Positions 25,730 through 37,833 of a stretch of DNA of 64,000 nucleotides are shown here, piece after piece. Both the position numbers and the translations under genes were made by a program. Every line of letters begins with the position of its first letter. The stretch's first letter is position 1. The notes below the pieces were generated by a model. That model saw nothing but the letters and a program-made list of their open reading frames with translations. It ran no database searches and had not been told where the DNA came from. The DNA is taken from NCBI RefSeq assembly GCF_026571515.1, contig NW_026857798.1, forward strand, positions 1 to 64,000. Reading direction: 5' to 3'. The DNA comes from Ruditapes philippinarum. Taxonomy: Eukaryota.

Positions 25730-27052
25730 GTATAGGTAATAGCTCAGATGAGTTTGAACATGGGTCATTTCGGATGAAAAATTAGGTCACAGGAGCTAAC
25801 AAAAGAAAAAAAACTTGTTCACACTCTAGTAGTAAAAAATTCTTGAAATTGGTCTGAAAGTTTGTTTCAATGATTTCTAGGTCAAATTTGAATATGGGTT
25901 ACCGTTGGTCAAAAACTAGGTCACACTGCACAAACATGTAGAAACCTTGTTAACACACTAGTGGTCATATGCTTGACTCATCAAACAAGCCTTTCTAGGT
26001 AATTGCTCAAACGAGTACAAACATGCGTTATCTCGCATTACAAACGAGGTCACAGAAGCTATAAGTAAGTAAGTAAGTAAGTAAATATTTTATTAAAGTG
26101 AGATGTGCAAACATAAATAATGATGACATTATACAGTTACATAAAGGCATGCACCCGGCCCATCGGGCCTATAAGTCACATAATACTTGTCAAAACAATA
26201 AACATGAGAACAATAAGCGAATCAATGGTCATGAGTATAGTAAATATACTGTATACAACAGTACAAGTTAGAGATTTTATTCATTTATGTATAATAATTA
26301 TAGGATTTAATACCAATTATTAATGTAACATTATGTTTACAGTGAAAGCATACTTTTGACGTACATATCTAGATACTTAGAATTACTTAGTATTACTTGA
26401 GATCAGTACATTATACAATAATATAAAAATGTACATCATTTAAGAACCCGTTAACGTCATTCTGGTATTACTGTCTAGCAAAATGTGATTCAATCAAGAA
26501 CCATACATCGCCGATATACGATCTCATGTAATAACCAGCCTTATACGAAAAACAAATCTAGCAAGGCCGGGACATGGAATCGAGCAAGTGTGTATTGTAT
26601 TACTTGTTTTATAAGTGAAGTTCTTAAACGAAACGAAAATTCAATTTCTACACTAGGAAAGTAAACAATATTCAAATATGTTAAATATGTGATTAACGTA
26701 ACTTCATTCTAGTAGACTAGTAGTCATTACCAGCATGTAAGTGTGTAATATAAAAGTGGTGTTACACATAATTATACTGCACAATATTACAACGTGCTTA
26801 TATCAATGAAAAAGTAATAATAAGATTCTGAGTAACAGATATACTTTAACAATATCAACTGTATCAAGTACTGGTTGACGAAAACGGCTAATGAAAACAT
26901 GCAAATTGTAAACTACATCTGTGATACGCATTACACATAAATTGAACATTTATTAAAGTATGCTTTAACGATAAAATAGTTTCATATCTCATCATAGTAC
27001 GAATAGTGTCAAATATGAGCGGATCAAACATTTATTTAAATAAATGTTTACT

Positions 27053-30000
27053 TTATCTTTGGAACAAATTGCTTCTACGTTTCAAATATGCGGCTACCAA
27101 GTACTTTGCTAATCTTCTTGGGTGATGTTTTACAATGTTTACAAATTTATCACAGTCTCTCATATCTACATATTGGTCACTTAAAAGGATTTCACTGAGA
27201 TAATTATGTCGAGTGTCTTGATATAAAGAACAATTCATTACAAAATGCAGTTCATCTTCAACGGAACCAGTATTACACAATTTGCAAAGTCTCTGTTCTG
27301 GTGTTTCACCAACATACCGCCCGGTTTCTACACGGAGTGGTAGGATACCGCACCGCAATTGTGCGAGAAGAGAGCGCTCTTTTCGTGGTAAGTTAAGATC
27401 CAAATAAGATTCTTTACCAAAATCACTTTTAAATTGTATGTAAGTTCGCAGTTTTGCAACTTGGGTTACTTTTGTAGCCCAGTCAGTTTTGTGGTGTTCA
27501 ATAATAGAATGTTTAGCTGTTGCTAAATTAATTGGTTGGCGGTTTATAAAGTTATCATTCATTCCAATTTTCGACATAATATCTTTCACTTCGCTACACC
27601 AGTTATTTTGACAATGGCTATAGTCCACATTGAAGACTTGTTTTGTTATTCTAGTGTCATCGAGCGATACGAGCCTATTCCACATTCGTAACATGTTTAA
27701 CCATCGCCTGTAGTTGGTGGGAACCCATCCAATGTCACCAGTAATTGCAAGTATAGGTGCAAATCTGTGGACACCAAGATAGTACCTGATCGCACGATGC
27801 TGCACATTGTCCATAACTTGGTATTTTCTGTAACCCCACACGCTCGAACAGTAATCCATAATTGGCACAACGCATGAATCAAATAGTTTTTCAAATGTAT
27901 TAAAACCAAAGTGCTTTAGGTCTCGAACCTTTGCAATGATTTTGCCAAGGGCCCTTCCAGCGCTTTTTGCGAGAATGTCGGCATTTGATGAGAAGTCACC
28001 CTTGCAATGGAAAGTTACACCAAGATATTTGTAACTATCTACAAGCTCTAACACGTTTTCACCAATCCTGAATGAAAAGTCTGTGCATGCAGCGCGGCCT
28101 CGGCGGAAGTGAACACACTTAGATTTTTCAGTGTTAATGAGTACGCGCCAACGTCTACACCAATCACGTAACGTGTCTAAAATACGTTGTAGATCTTCCT
28201 CTGTCTTAGCTATACAAACGATATCATCTGCATACAACAGCATTGAAACCTTTTTACCATTAAGTTCAAAACCAAGGTCAAGGTCATTCACTTCTTTTAC
28301 AAGGTCATTGGCAAATATTGAGAATAGCGTCGGCGACGCCGTATCACCCTGTTTTACGCCGGTAAGACACGTGAACCAGTCCGTTAGCATGTTATTTAAG
28401 CGTACACTAGCAGTGGAATGTTTGTAAATGCTCTTTATTGATGTATATATTTTACCGTCAATGCCGTTTAGCAACAATTTGTATAACAACATGTCGATAT
28501 CGATGAAATCAAAGCATTTACGTAGATCAATAAACGCTGTAAATACCGTTGTATTGTTACGTATGATGCCGTTAAGTGAGAACACATGGTCTTCGCATGA
28601 TCGATTACGCCTAAACCCGTTTTGCTCGTCTTCAAGGATTTCGTACTCGTCTAAATACCTAGTCAAACGCTTATTAATAAATCCAGTGTAGAGCTTGCTC
28701 ACGCATGAAAGTAGACTTACATCCGGTAGTGTAAGGGGACACGTGGATCTGACAAGGGGTCCTTCAGAATAGGGCAAATGATCGACTTTCTCCAAATTGA
28801 GGGTATAATGCCAGTGTCAAACATTAATTGAAACAGTTCTCTCAATGTTGCTATAATAACGGGGCATTTAAGTACAAAGTATGGAATGTCGTCATAGCCG
28901 CAGGCAGAACGTGATTTAGCTTTCATTACTAGGTCACTTATCTCCGTTAACGTGATATTGCCGTTAAGCGTTACGTTTGAGGTATACAAAGGGTCATTGA
29001 TATTGTTTTCTAATAGTAATTTATGCACCTTTGCCCGTCTATAATGCTCATTATCGAATTCGCTATTATCTGTTCCGTTGTATAAACTCTCAAAGTCACG
29101 CTTCCATTTTTCAAGAACTTCGTTTTCATTTCGCACAACGTTACCATTTTCGTCTATAATTTCACACGGGATAGATTTATCACTACGTGGACCCAGCTTG
29201 TTTATCTTATCCCAGAATTCGTTGGGATTATTTGTCGATATAGTTTCTATTTCAATCGATTTTTCTTTCCTGTACGCCCGTTCTGCTTGCCGCAACGATT
29301 TATCGAAACTGTCCCTTGCATGTATGTATTCACGCCTCAACGCTGTTTTGACTCGATGGTTATTACAACATTTTAGAAACTCACGTTCCCGCTGACGTAA
29401 CCGTTGCCACTGTTCTGATAAAGTGTCATTCCAGTACGGCTTTCTAGTTTTGTGACGTTTATTAGTTGACCGAGATTCATATTTTGGCAATTTTCTGTTC
29501 ATTTCGCCGGTTATGGCTTCACAAAGGTTACTATAAATTGCGTCCATATCACACTGCGTTTCTCGGCAACTTTCAATATTTGAAATACAGTCTATAATTG
29601 CTAGTCTCGCGATATCACTATCCATAAAGTCGTCTGGAACAGTTCTCACCTTGTACCGTTGTCGCCTGATCTCCTGACCCGCAGACGTTTGTTGACCCAT
29701 ATTGTGCGAATGCACCGTGTTAAATTCCGTTATAATTGCCGAGTGATCAGGTTATCTTGATCTTTCATCCAATAGCTCGTGTAATCCGCAATTATCTACA
29801 ACTGTTTGCATTGATAAAACCATAAATGAGATACACTGCGTGAATTGGTCGTGTGGAACACATATATAGTCAACTACCGCTCTACCCTTACGAGAAATCG
29901 AGGTCCAATTGTTATCATGGTACTGATCCGAACATCGACCGTTTAAGACACAAAATTTCGCATCGTTCAAAAATTCAATCAAATCGCGTCCATGTTGGTT

Positions 30001-30558
30001 GACTGATTTGTCCAAGACGTGCCTAGGTGGGATACTGTCAAAATTTCCGATAATATCCGATAATGAACCGATTCGTGCGTTGAAATCTGCTGCTAGGAAT
30101 ATACCGTCACTTTCACTATTAATATATATTTGAGATAATAAGTGAGCGTAAAAACTTTGGGCATCACGACCACGAGTAGAGTTTTCTGGTGGCAAATAAC
30201 ACGAAAATACTATAAAATCGTAGTCTGTATTTTTGTGAACAAATTTTACGCCGAGTATTCCGTCAAGCGATTTTTCTATAACAGAAATTTCATATTCCTC
30301 ATAAAGCCATGATTTAACCAAAAGGCCTACACCTCCCGACGGCTTTGGTGCATTGACATGTATATCTTGTCTATTGTGCCCAATCCACGTGTAACCTGGC
30401 ACGAGTAATACATCATTTCCACCTAGATGCGTTTCACATAATGAAATTATATCGCTATTCAAACCATTCACTAAATTAATCCGCAATTCATTATTGTCAG
30501 TAGTCCAGCCACACACATTGAGATGGGCAAGACTTATAGACTTGGGTCGGGGTGCATC
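27053..30558 (-). pseudogene. LINE ORF2 (APE endonuclease - reverse transcriptase - CCHC), disrupted
   Basis: Endonuclease motifs HLNVCG, LCETH, YLPP, ADFNAR, VDYI, PDHS; RT motifs QNGFR, FIDLRKCFD, GVKQG, YADD. In-frame TAA at 29752-29754 (SR*PDHS) and a 1-bp frameshift near 28724 (HYR/DVSLLS). Confidence 0.93.
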
Positions 30559-31665
30559 CTAGTGACCAGCTTCCGGTGCCTGGCCTCTGTTGAACTGTGA
30601 TGGTTCCTGCGAGTCTTGTTGAGTCGGGGTTGCCTGTTGTTGAACACGCTGTTTTATGCGACCGCTAGCGTCTATGCGCAACGAACGTCCTTCCGGTAAA
30701 TTTCGCAGGACTGCACGTGCGTTCAACTCTATGATTCGCTCAATTCTCGATTTGCTGCTGCGAACCTGTAAATTTTTATACTGTGTTATGAATCTTAATT
30801 GTGGTTTATGTCTTAGGAACAGTACCTTTTGTTCCAATGAACCCACGCTGAATTTCAAAATTGGCGGTTTGTCATGAAATTTTGCCGGCAGACGGATGGC
30901 GTCGGTAACGGTGACTTGGGACTTAACCTCTTCTCCCAGCGAATTAACGAGTTCTTGAGCTTTCTGAATTAAGTTTTCATTGACCGTGACCTGAATACCA
31001 CTGGCCGTGAGAGTGCGATTTGGGTCATGCAAAGGATTACCATGATAAACGGTGGGTGGGTCAGATAATCCGCCACTGTTCAATAAATTTGATCCTTGTT
31101 GCCCAAGGGTATCTAATCTAGATTGCATGTGCTTAATTGTTGTCAATACACCATCTACGCGGCGAGTTTCTTGAGCGATGTTTTCAGTCAGCTCTCGTTT
31201 TAATGTTTGCATTTTGGAGTTGATAGTTGAGGTCAGCTCTATTTTCAAATTGTCCAATTTAGTTTCAAATAAAGCCACCATAGAGTCCTGGCCCTCTTTT
31301 ATCTTAGTCACAGTATTAACTAAAAATGCTAATTGTTCTTTTTCTGTCATGATAGATTGTTGAGAAATGCTACCTGGGGTCGAAGTATTGGCTCCCGCCA
31401 TATTTATACCGTCGGCGCCCTTCGATGATTTGCTGCTAGGAGTTTGTCTTCTGGTTTCCATAGAATCGAACACTGTATCCTCACACTCACTGTATTCCAA
31501 ATTACTTTCAATACAACTGTCATATAAAACACTATTTGCTGCGCCGAGAACTTCGCTTGTCAATAGTCCGCCATATTTGAACTGTTTTGTTGACCTGTTA
31601 TCACTATCAGAGTCACTGCTTTTCTTGCGTTTTTGTCTATCCCTGTGCTTTTTTCCACGACCCAT
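30559..31665 (-). CDS. LINE ORF1 protein (basic N-terminus, coiled coil, RRM/CTD-like region, Q-rich tail)
   Basis: Uninterrupted 368-aa ORF directly upstream of the endonuclease. KPPILKF...K..FL..K..L resembles LINE ORF1 C-terminal domains. Confidence 0.8.
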   Translation of the reverse strand: MGRGKKHRDRQKRKKSSDSDSDNRSTKQFKYGGLLTSEVLGAANSVLYDSCIESNLEYSECEDTVFDSMETRRQTPSSKSSKGADGINMAGANTSTPGSISQQSIMTEKEQLAFLVNTVTKIKEGQDSMVALFETKLDNLKIELTSTINSKMQTLKRELTENIAQETRRVDGVLTTIKHMQSRLDTLGQQGSNLLNSGGLSDPPTVYHGNPLHDPNRTLTASGIQVTVNENLIQKAQELVNSLGEEVKSQVTVTDAIRLPAKFHDKPPILKFSVGSLEQKVLFLRHKPQLRFITQYKNLQVRSSKSRIERIIELNARAVLRNLPEGRSLRIDASGRIKQRVQQQATPTQQDSQEPSQFNRGQAPEAGH

Positions 31666-33809
31666 GTATGATACCCAACTCTAACAACATTTAAATAACG
31701 ATTGTAACATAAATCCAGGTCTGAATGTCATTGGAAATGTTTTAAATCCAGTTTTTCTTTAGCGGGTGTTTATCGAGACCTCACCGCCATTGCTCGCTTA
31801 CGTCATATATAAATATTCTATTCTATATTCTATAAATAGAAAAATTTTGTTTACACTCTAGTTTTAATCTAAATATACTGGAAATTGGTATGAAAGTTTG
31901 TTTTGATGATTTCTAAGTGAAGATCGAATATGGGTCACTTGGCGTCTAAAACTAGGTAACACCTCCCAAAAGGGGAAAAAAACCTTGTTAACACTCTAGT
32001 GGTCACATGCATATATGTTTGACTAAATTGTCATCAAACTGACTTGAACGTTGGGCCAGAAATGTTATATCAGATGCCGAATTTTATTGTGATATCAACT
32101 GACCTGCTTTTGATATTAATGATATATATTGTTTGATCTAGTTTCTCGTGCTTTTTTTAAATACAAACGGCGAAATTTGGACTTGGACCAGTGGTGTAAC
32201 TTCTGATTCAGAATCGACTTATGATATCGGCTGACCTACGTTTGATACTTTTTAATATCACTTGACCTATTTTTTTTGACGTACAGACCTGAAATTTGGA
32301 CCAAGGGTGTAATTTCAGAGGCTGATTATAATTTTGATATTATATAACCTACTTTTGATATTTATGGAATCATTTGACCTACTCTCTGGTTTTTTGACAA
32401 ACAGATTTGAAATTTGCACTAGGAATGAAATTTTTGATGCTGAATTGATTTTTGATATCAACTGACCTACTTCTGATACTTTTGATATCTCTTTTCCTAC
32501 AATGAATTGATGGATCAGGTGGGCGATCTAGGGTCATCTTGGCCCTCTTGTTTGTATATAACTGGCTTAATGAATTACCTTCATATTAAGACACAACATC
32601 TTTTTGGTCAGAACCTCGTGTATTTCAACCTCAAATTGACCTTAACTCATGTGAGACATGACCTTTAAGGTCAAATTATAATCTTATTTTCACTGATTAT
32701 AACACTATAATTGGCTGTAACTTTGTAACTTATCAATGGATTATTTTCAAACTTGGACAAAACAAACTTTTTGATGATATTCTGAAAGGTTGAACTTACC
32801 CTGAGCTTGAGGTCAAATATTGAATTTTGGTTCAGTTGTCATAATTTTTTATGTTTGGACTTGATTTATATGTGGACAAAACAACACTTGAGACCAAACA
32901 GACATGTGGAATAATTTAGATATAACTTTGACCTTAAATGACATTAACTGTCAAATGATTGAATTTTGATTAAATCTTTTTTAAACTATGTCATTTATTT
33001 TTGGAAATGACTATACTTGGAAAAAACAACAAGTGTGACTAGACAGACCTATAAACGAGTGTCAGGGGTATTCGGCACTTGTGACAATTTCTATAGTTAT
33101 TTTTAATTCTGACAGGGCAAAACATTAAAAACAGTTATCATGGAAAAGTCATTATATGTTTACACCGTAAGGATATCGGATTAATATTTTACGTAATATC
33201 CAAGTGGTGTACAATTTGCTTTTGAGATGCTTGTGCCTGTTATAATAAGAAGACAATATTTGATCTCTGGGAGATTTATTCTTTTTCAGTCAAATAAGTA
33301 TGTGTCAAATACAATACAAAACACAAAACATCATTCATAAAGAAATCATACAAGTAATGTATGTGTATCTGAAACTATCTATATTATAATGGATTTCATA
33401 ATTTTATTTACCGAATTTATTAAGATATTTCTAAATCTAAAAAACAATATAGATTGATACCAAGATGAAGTAATATCTCTTCATTATTTCATTATTATTC
33501 TTACAAATTATTTAAAGTGGGGAATGGTATAGATTACATATAAAGTACTCACAAGGCACATGAAAAGTACCGAAAATCTTTACTTGAGATAATTTTTTTG
33601 TTAAAGAACAATATTACTAATTTAATTTACTAACTAATTGTAATTATAAACTTGATACAAAATCCAACAATTATAAAGAACACACTTATTTGACAATTTT
33701 GAATTTGAAAAGTATTTACAAACACATATTTAATAAATACAAAAGAATGATTAAAAAAGAGAGAAATAAGAATCCCTAAAGAAAGCCCCAAAAGTCAATT
33801 ATTACTTAA

Positions 33810-34156
33810 AGATACACTATGCTTATCTTTGATTAAACTATTTTTATCACAATAATTTATTAAAATCTATGTAATTCTTGATGAATATGTCGAATTTGAA
33901 TAAAAGAATGAATAAATTATGTATTGGAAGCTGCGTTTCCTATAGGTCAAGTAAAATTGGTCTTTTCTTTAAAAAACTGCCAGTTTTTTAATGAAATATA
34001 TATTCATACTGTAACCACCTATAGTGTTTAGAATTTTAAAGACAATATTATATATCTACTTTGTGTGCATTTAAAACATGTTTATTTTATATTTACAAAG
34101 AGATTGAGTAGCTATTATATATATTTTCATATATGAAATTTGAGCATAGTACATCT
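33810..34156. mobile_element. Possible Kolobok-like MITE
   Basis: ttaa|agatacactatgct ... agcatagtacatct|ttct imperfect TIR. Confidence 0.45.
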
Positions 34157-35769
34157 TTCTGAAAAAATACTATAAATCTTCATATTGTAATTTAATTACT
34201 AAACTTAATATTTCTTAATATGTAAAAATGTTACATTTCATTATTCAACCTAATATGAAATAAATTACAATGTTTGTTAAAAAAATATTACAAATTTAAT
34301 AACAGAACAATGGTAAATAGATAAATTTGTAAGGTTTGTAAAAATGACACCATTTCTACATACCCGAAATAACACCCGATTACATATGCAAAGTTATAAA
34401 AAAAACATAAAATACTCGTAATTTCTTAACAAAATTTATTATGATTGATACATCTTTATAAAATTTTGGTTCCAGCAGTTTCGTATTGCACTATAGAACC
34501 TGCCATATATGCTCAGTTACAATCAAAATTCTATAAGAAACAATTTAGCATGTAGGGGCATCAGGGATCTTCTATCAGTCAGTCCTAAAAAATGTTATAT
34601 TACTGTAACAGTATCCAACAGCTTAAAGATTACATGTTATATATTTTTTGTTTTATGTGACAGGAGCAAATAAATTACATATTCTGTATTTTCAGTCTAT
34701 GAAAAAACTTTTCATTCACTTCACCACCACAGCAAGAGGCTGTTATGAACTTTTATTGAAGTCATCTGAATATAAAGGTAACCGTGTTTTATGGTAGCAA
34801 AACATGCATTATAACAAAAATATGTTTTGTTAAAACTTTGAGTGTAGGGTATATGACAACAGTTTTGTTATGATAAAGTCCTTATGTGAAATGAAAGATA
34901 GAAGGTTTGGCACGAAGTGTCACATTGAAGGTTCCATGATAACCGCCGTATGAACACATCTGCGGATGTTTCTAAATTCAAAATTTTACTATTTCACGTT
35001 TAAATGTTGAATTCTGCTTAAGCCGGTGCTAGGGGGCGTGGACGGTAACTTGCACTTTCCAGTACCGTCCATGAACAGGCTCAATCAAACCGAGCCTGCA
35101 ACATTTTCAATTTTGCCGTGTTGGGCTTTCTTTAGGGATTCTGTATTTATCTATTTTTTGCTTAATAGTATTGAATGTTATACTTGTCTATCATGCACAT
35201 AAATAAGAACGAAATGTTCCGTGTAGGTTTTATTCCATGTATCTATAGTCATCTTGTTTTAGTCTTCTTGTTTCCCAGCAACCAATTTATCATCATAGAG
35301 CACAAGGATTGCTCATGCCTTTTATCCTATCGCCATTAGATATTTTATAATATGTCAAAAAAGACATCGGAAGATATTGCGATAGTCACCATTAGTCATT
35401 CCATCCTTTGGTGTCCCATTTTTTTTTCTGGAGCATAACTTGAACAAGTTGAAAAGTATTTGAGATATCAGCTTGAAACTTCACCAGTAGATAGATTGCA
35501 TGACAAAAGATGCAAACCTTGAGAATTATATTTTCCTTTTCATAATTTTTTGAGTAATTGCCCTTTGTTATTCTTATTTTTCTTGCTACTTTTTTGTCCA
35601 GACCATAGGTCAAAAAGAACATTTTCTATTTGAAATTATAACTTAAACACTTGAGAGATTTCATTGAAACAGAGTGCAATTTGCAATTTTTTATGCAATG
35701 TTTTGTAGTTTGCATAACGTTGACCTTAAGAACTGTTCAAATTGTTTTGTATAATATTTGTGTTCAAGA

Positions 35770-35884
35770 CTATGACAGTTCATAGAGGAGAAGAAAATTT
35801 TGATCTATAAATTAACAGATATAATTCAATTTTGTTTTTACACAACAACATACAACCTTTGGTCTAGTCTTTGGTCTAATCAGA
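35770..35884 (-). pseudogene. Relic of the last ~38 codons of a further TRIM-like paralog
   Basis: ctatgacagttcataga...taacagatataattca...caacatacaacctttggtct...aatcaga matches the 3' end of paralog B (ctatgacaggttataga...taacagctataataca...caacacacagcccttggtctaatcaga). Confidence 0.7.
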
Positions 35885-35957
35885 CCAGTTTTAGAAGAAT
35901 GAATGATGAATTTAAAAACTTTTGACATTGTTTAATCAACTAAGTCTCTGTTTAAGT

Positions 35958-37712
35958 CTATGATAGGTTATAAATGTAAAGGAAGTTTTGATTTTTATTA
36001 TCAAAAGCATAGCAGCTATAATACAGCTTCTTTGTTTTTCCACACCAACATACAGCCCTTGGTGTCTTCAGATCCTGCAGCACCACCTTTCCTGTAGAGC
36101 AGTCTCCTGATATCTCTTCTATAACATTTCTCCTCCAGTCACACACAAAGACAGTACCATCATCTGACAGTGACATTCCTGTAGGGTAACCCATAGCACT
36201 ATAACTACCTATCACTTCACCTTGCCAGTTTAATCTTGTTACTGTCTTCATGTGACAGTCAGATACATAGATAGAAATTCTGTTACATGTGATATACCAT
36301 GGATCTTTGAAAATATTTTTTCCATCCATTGTTGTCAGTATAGTGCCATTCATATCAAGGATCTGAAGTTTTGCAGGAAATCGTAATGACACAACAAGTT
36401 TACCTTGGTAACAGTTTATACCATAACATTTCCCACCAACCTTCACAGTGTGCTTCATTTTAAGTTGTTTGTTTGATGAGATTGATATAAATTGTACTGT
36501 TTGTTTGTGAGGAAGTGTGACAGCAAGTTCAGTACTGGCTACTGTGGTGATATCCCATGGTTTATCATCTAGTTGTAGTTTATTAGACACAGATTGACTG
36601 CTGGTATCCACCATCTTTACATCTTCGTTATTATAGTCAGTGATGATAAGAAGATCAGGAGTCAGCAGAGTCATTCCTGTTATATAGCAAATGTAGTTAT
36701 CTTTTGATGTCTCCACACAGATTTCTCCCTCATGTGAAGATTGCCTAGACTTTATTTGTGCAGATTGAGATTCTTTATTTAAAGTTTTCTGTGTCAATGT
36801 TCCTAGTGACTTCTCTGTTTTAATCAAATTTAATATTACATCATTTGATTGAAAGTTGTGCTCTTTGATATCAAATGATGACAGTTTTAGTAGTGTTTCA
36901 TCCATATCCTTGATTGTCTCCTGTGAAAGTTTTAAATCAATGAAGAGTTTGTCAGCTTGTTTTGTTGTGTTGAGTTGTTTGATTTTGTCTGATGATATCT
37001 TTAGAGATTTGGTAACTTCCTCACATGTTGTTTCTACTGCTTTCAGATGTTTTTTGTTTTCTTGTTCTATGACTTTAGCTGCATCTTCAGCCTGTCTCTC
37101 CAGTTCATCTAGTCTTTGGTTGATTTCTTGCCGAAACTTTTTAATGTCAACTAATGCATCTTTAAGAGAGCTGTTTGATTTGTGTGTCATGTCCTTGACA
37201 TCTTTTAATATCTGTTGAAATTTGTCAGAAGTGGTATTTACTGCATTCAAGATAACTTGATATTCTTTGCTGTCTATTATATCACCAGAAATGTCTGGTA
37301 TATAGTTGACTTTGCAGGAAGTAGCTTGATGTTCAAGTGTAACACAAACACTGCAGAGAAATTCTGTATGATCATTACAGTAAAACTTGATCATTTCTTT
37401 TGGATGTTTAGGACACGGCATAGTCAAATCATCAGACAGAACTGTTTGAATGGATGTTGAGGGTTGCTGCAAAACTTTAGGCATACTTGTTGCATCAAGA
37501 CGTGTGTGCTTTTTGGTAAACTTGTTTATCTTATGTGCTTTAAAGCATATCATGCAAAGATGTTCCTTGCAGTCAGTACAGTAACCATGGGCAGGGAGTC
37601 TAGTTCCTTCCTCGTCACAAGGCTGGCAGTAAACTTGAAGATCTTCATCTGATGACATGGATGTTGTTGATGACGAAAACTGTTTTGATGCTTTCTTTCC
37701 TGGGACTGTCAT
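35958..37712 (-). CDS. TRIM-like paralog C, intact: B-box1, B-box2, coiled coil, NHL-type beta-propeller; no RING in this ORF
   Basis: 584-aa ORF. B-box 1 CQPC...CTDCKEHLCMICFKAH...H; B-box 2 CPKH...FYCNDHTEFLCSVCVTLEH; helical heptad region; ~40-aa repeats of the P-x-G/D-I...V-x-D-x-x-N type. Confidence 0.9.
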   Translation of the reverse strand: MTVPGKKASKQFSSSTTSMSSDEDLQVYCQPCDEEGTRLPAHGYCTDCKEHLCMICFKAHKINKFTKKHTRLDATSMPKVLQQPSTSIQTVLSDDLTMPCPKHPKEMIKFYCNDHTEFLCSVCVTLEHQATSCKVNYIPDISGDIIDSKEYQVILNAVNTTSDKFQQILKDVKDMTHKSNSSLKDALVDIKKFRQEINQRLDELERQAEDAAKVIEQENKKHLKAVETTCEEVTKSLKISSDKIKQLNTTKQADKLFIDLKLSQETIKDMDETLLKLSSFDIKEHNFQSNDVILNLIKTEKSLGTLTQKTLNKESQSAQIKSRQSSHEGEICVETSKDNYICYITGMTLLTPDLLIITDYNNEDVKMVDTSSQSVSNKLQLDDKPWDITTVASTELAVTLPHKQTVQFISISSNKQLKMKHTVKVGGKCYGINCYQGKLVVSLRFPAKLQILDMNGTILTTMDGKNIFKDPWYITCNRISIYVSDCHMKTVTRLNWQGEVIGSYSAMGYPTGMSLSDDGTVFVCDWRRNVIEEISGDCSTGKVVLQDLKTPRAVCWCGKTKKLYYSCYAFDNKNQNFLYIYNLS

Positions 37713-37833
37713 GTTTAACCTAAAATGTAATATGATAGATTACTATGTATTGCATGTTTGTCAAATACATAAAACTTGAGATTCATAGATGAATTGAAAC
37801 AATGGCAAAGTCTTGCTAATTTCTTCTATGACC

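Larger units (their letters stand above)
26065..31829 (-). mobile_element. Near-full-length non-LTR retrotransposon (LINE, RTEX-like)
   Basis: ORF1 + APE endonuclease + RT + C-terminal CCHC; ~1-kb 3' UTR ending AATAAA then (TTAC)n; candidate TSD CTATAA at 26059-26064 and 31830-31835; the host repeat unit rejoins across the insertion. The clade call rests on the LRxG..L.VETGRY...RLCxxC...EDExHF...C motif and the microsatellite tail (moderate confidence). Confidence 0.93.
25095..32552. mobile_element. HINE-like tandem-repeat element interrupted by the LINE and a MITE
   Basis: Starts ttttaagctcacctgaactagctcggggtgagc; aaaactaggtcac units lie on both sides of the LINE; ends tcaggtgggcgatctagggtcatcttggccctcttgttt (inverted match to gctcacctga). 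May be composite. Confidence 0.6.
24673..33097. mobile_element. Outer degenerate tandem-repeat element (tgaccttga family) hosting nested insertions
   Basis: 24760-25090 and 32620-33050 share the same repeat type; 32980-33050 is an inverted match to 21315-21390. Confidence 0.5.

Noticed and set aside
27053-28795. RT near hypervariable genes as a diversity-generating retroelement or retron
   Set aside because: The RT has APE endonuclease, ORF1, CCHC and a microsatellite tail, i.e. an ordinary LINE. No template/variable repeat pair is visible and the variation lies between paralogs.
34696-34777. Possible further exon of the Sushi gene (ttttcag...aaag|gtaacc)
   Set aside because: Splice-like ends, but the peptide has no recognisable motif.
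36856-37652. Antisense ORFs over the TRIM and LINE genes (also 52472-53268, 61501-61809, 28131-29395, 30656-31684)
   Set aside because: Shadow ORFs of the coding strand; they recur only because the sense genes are paralogous.
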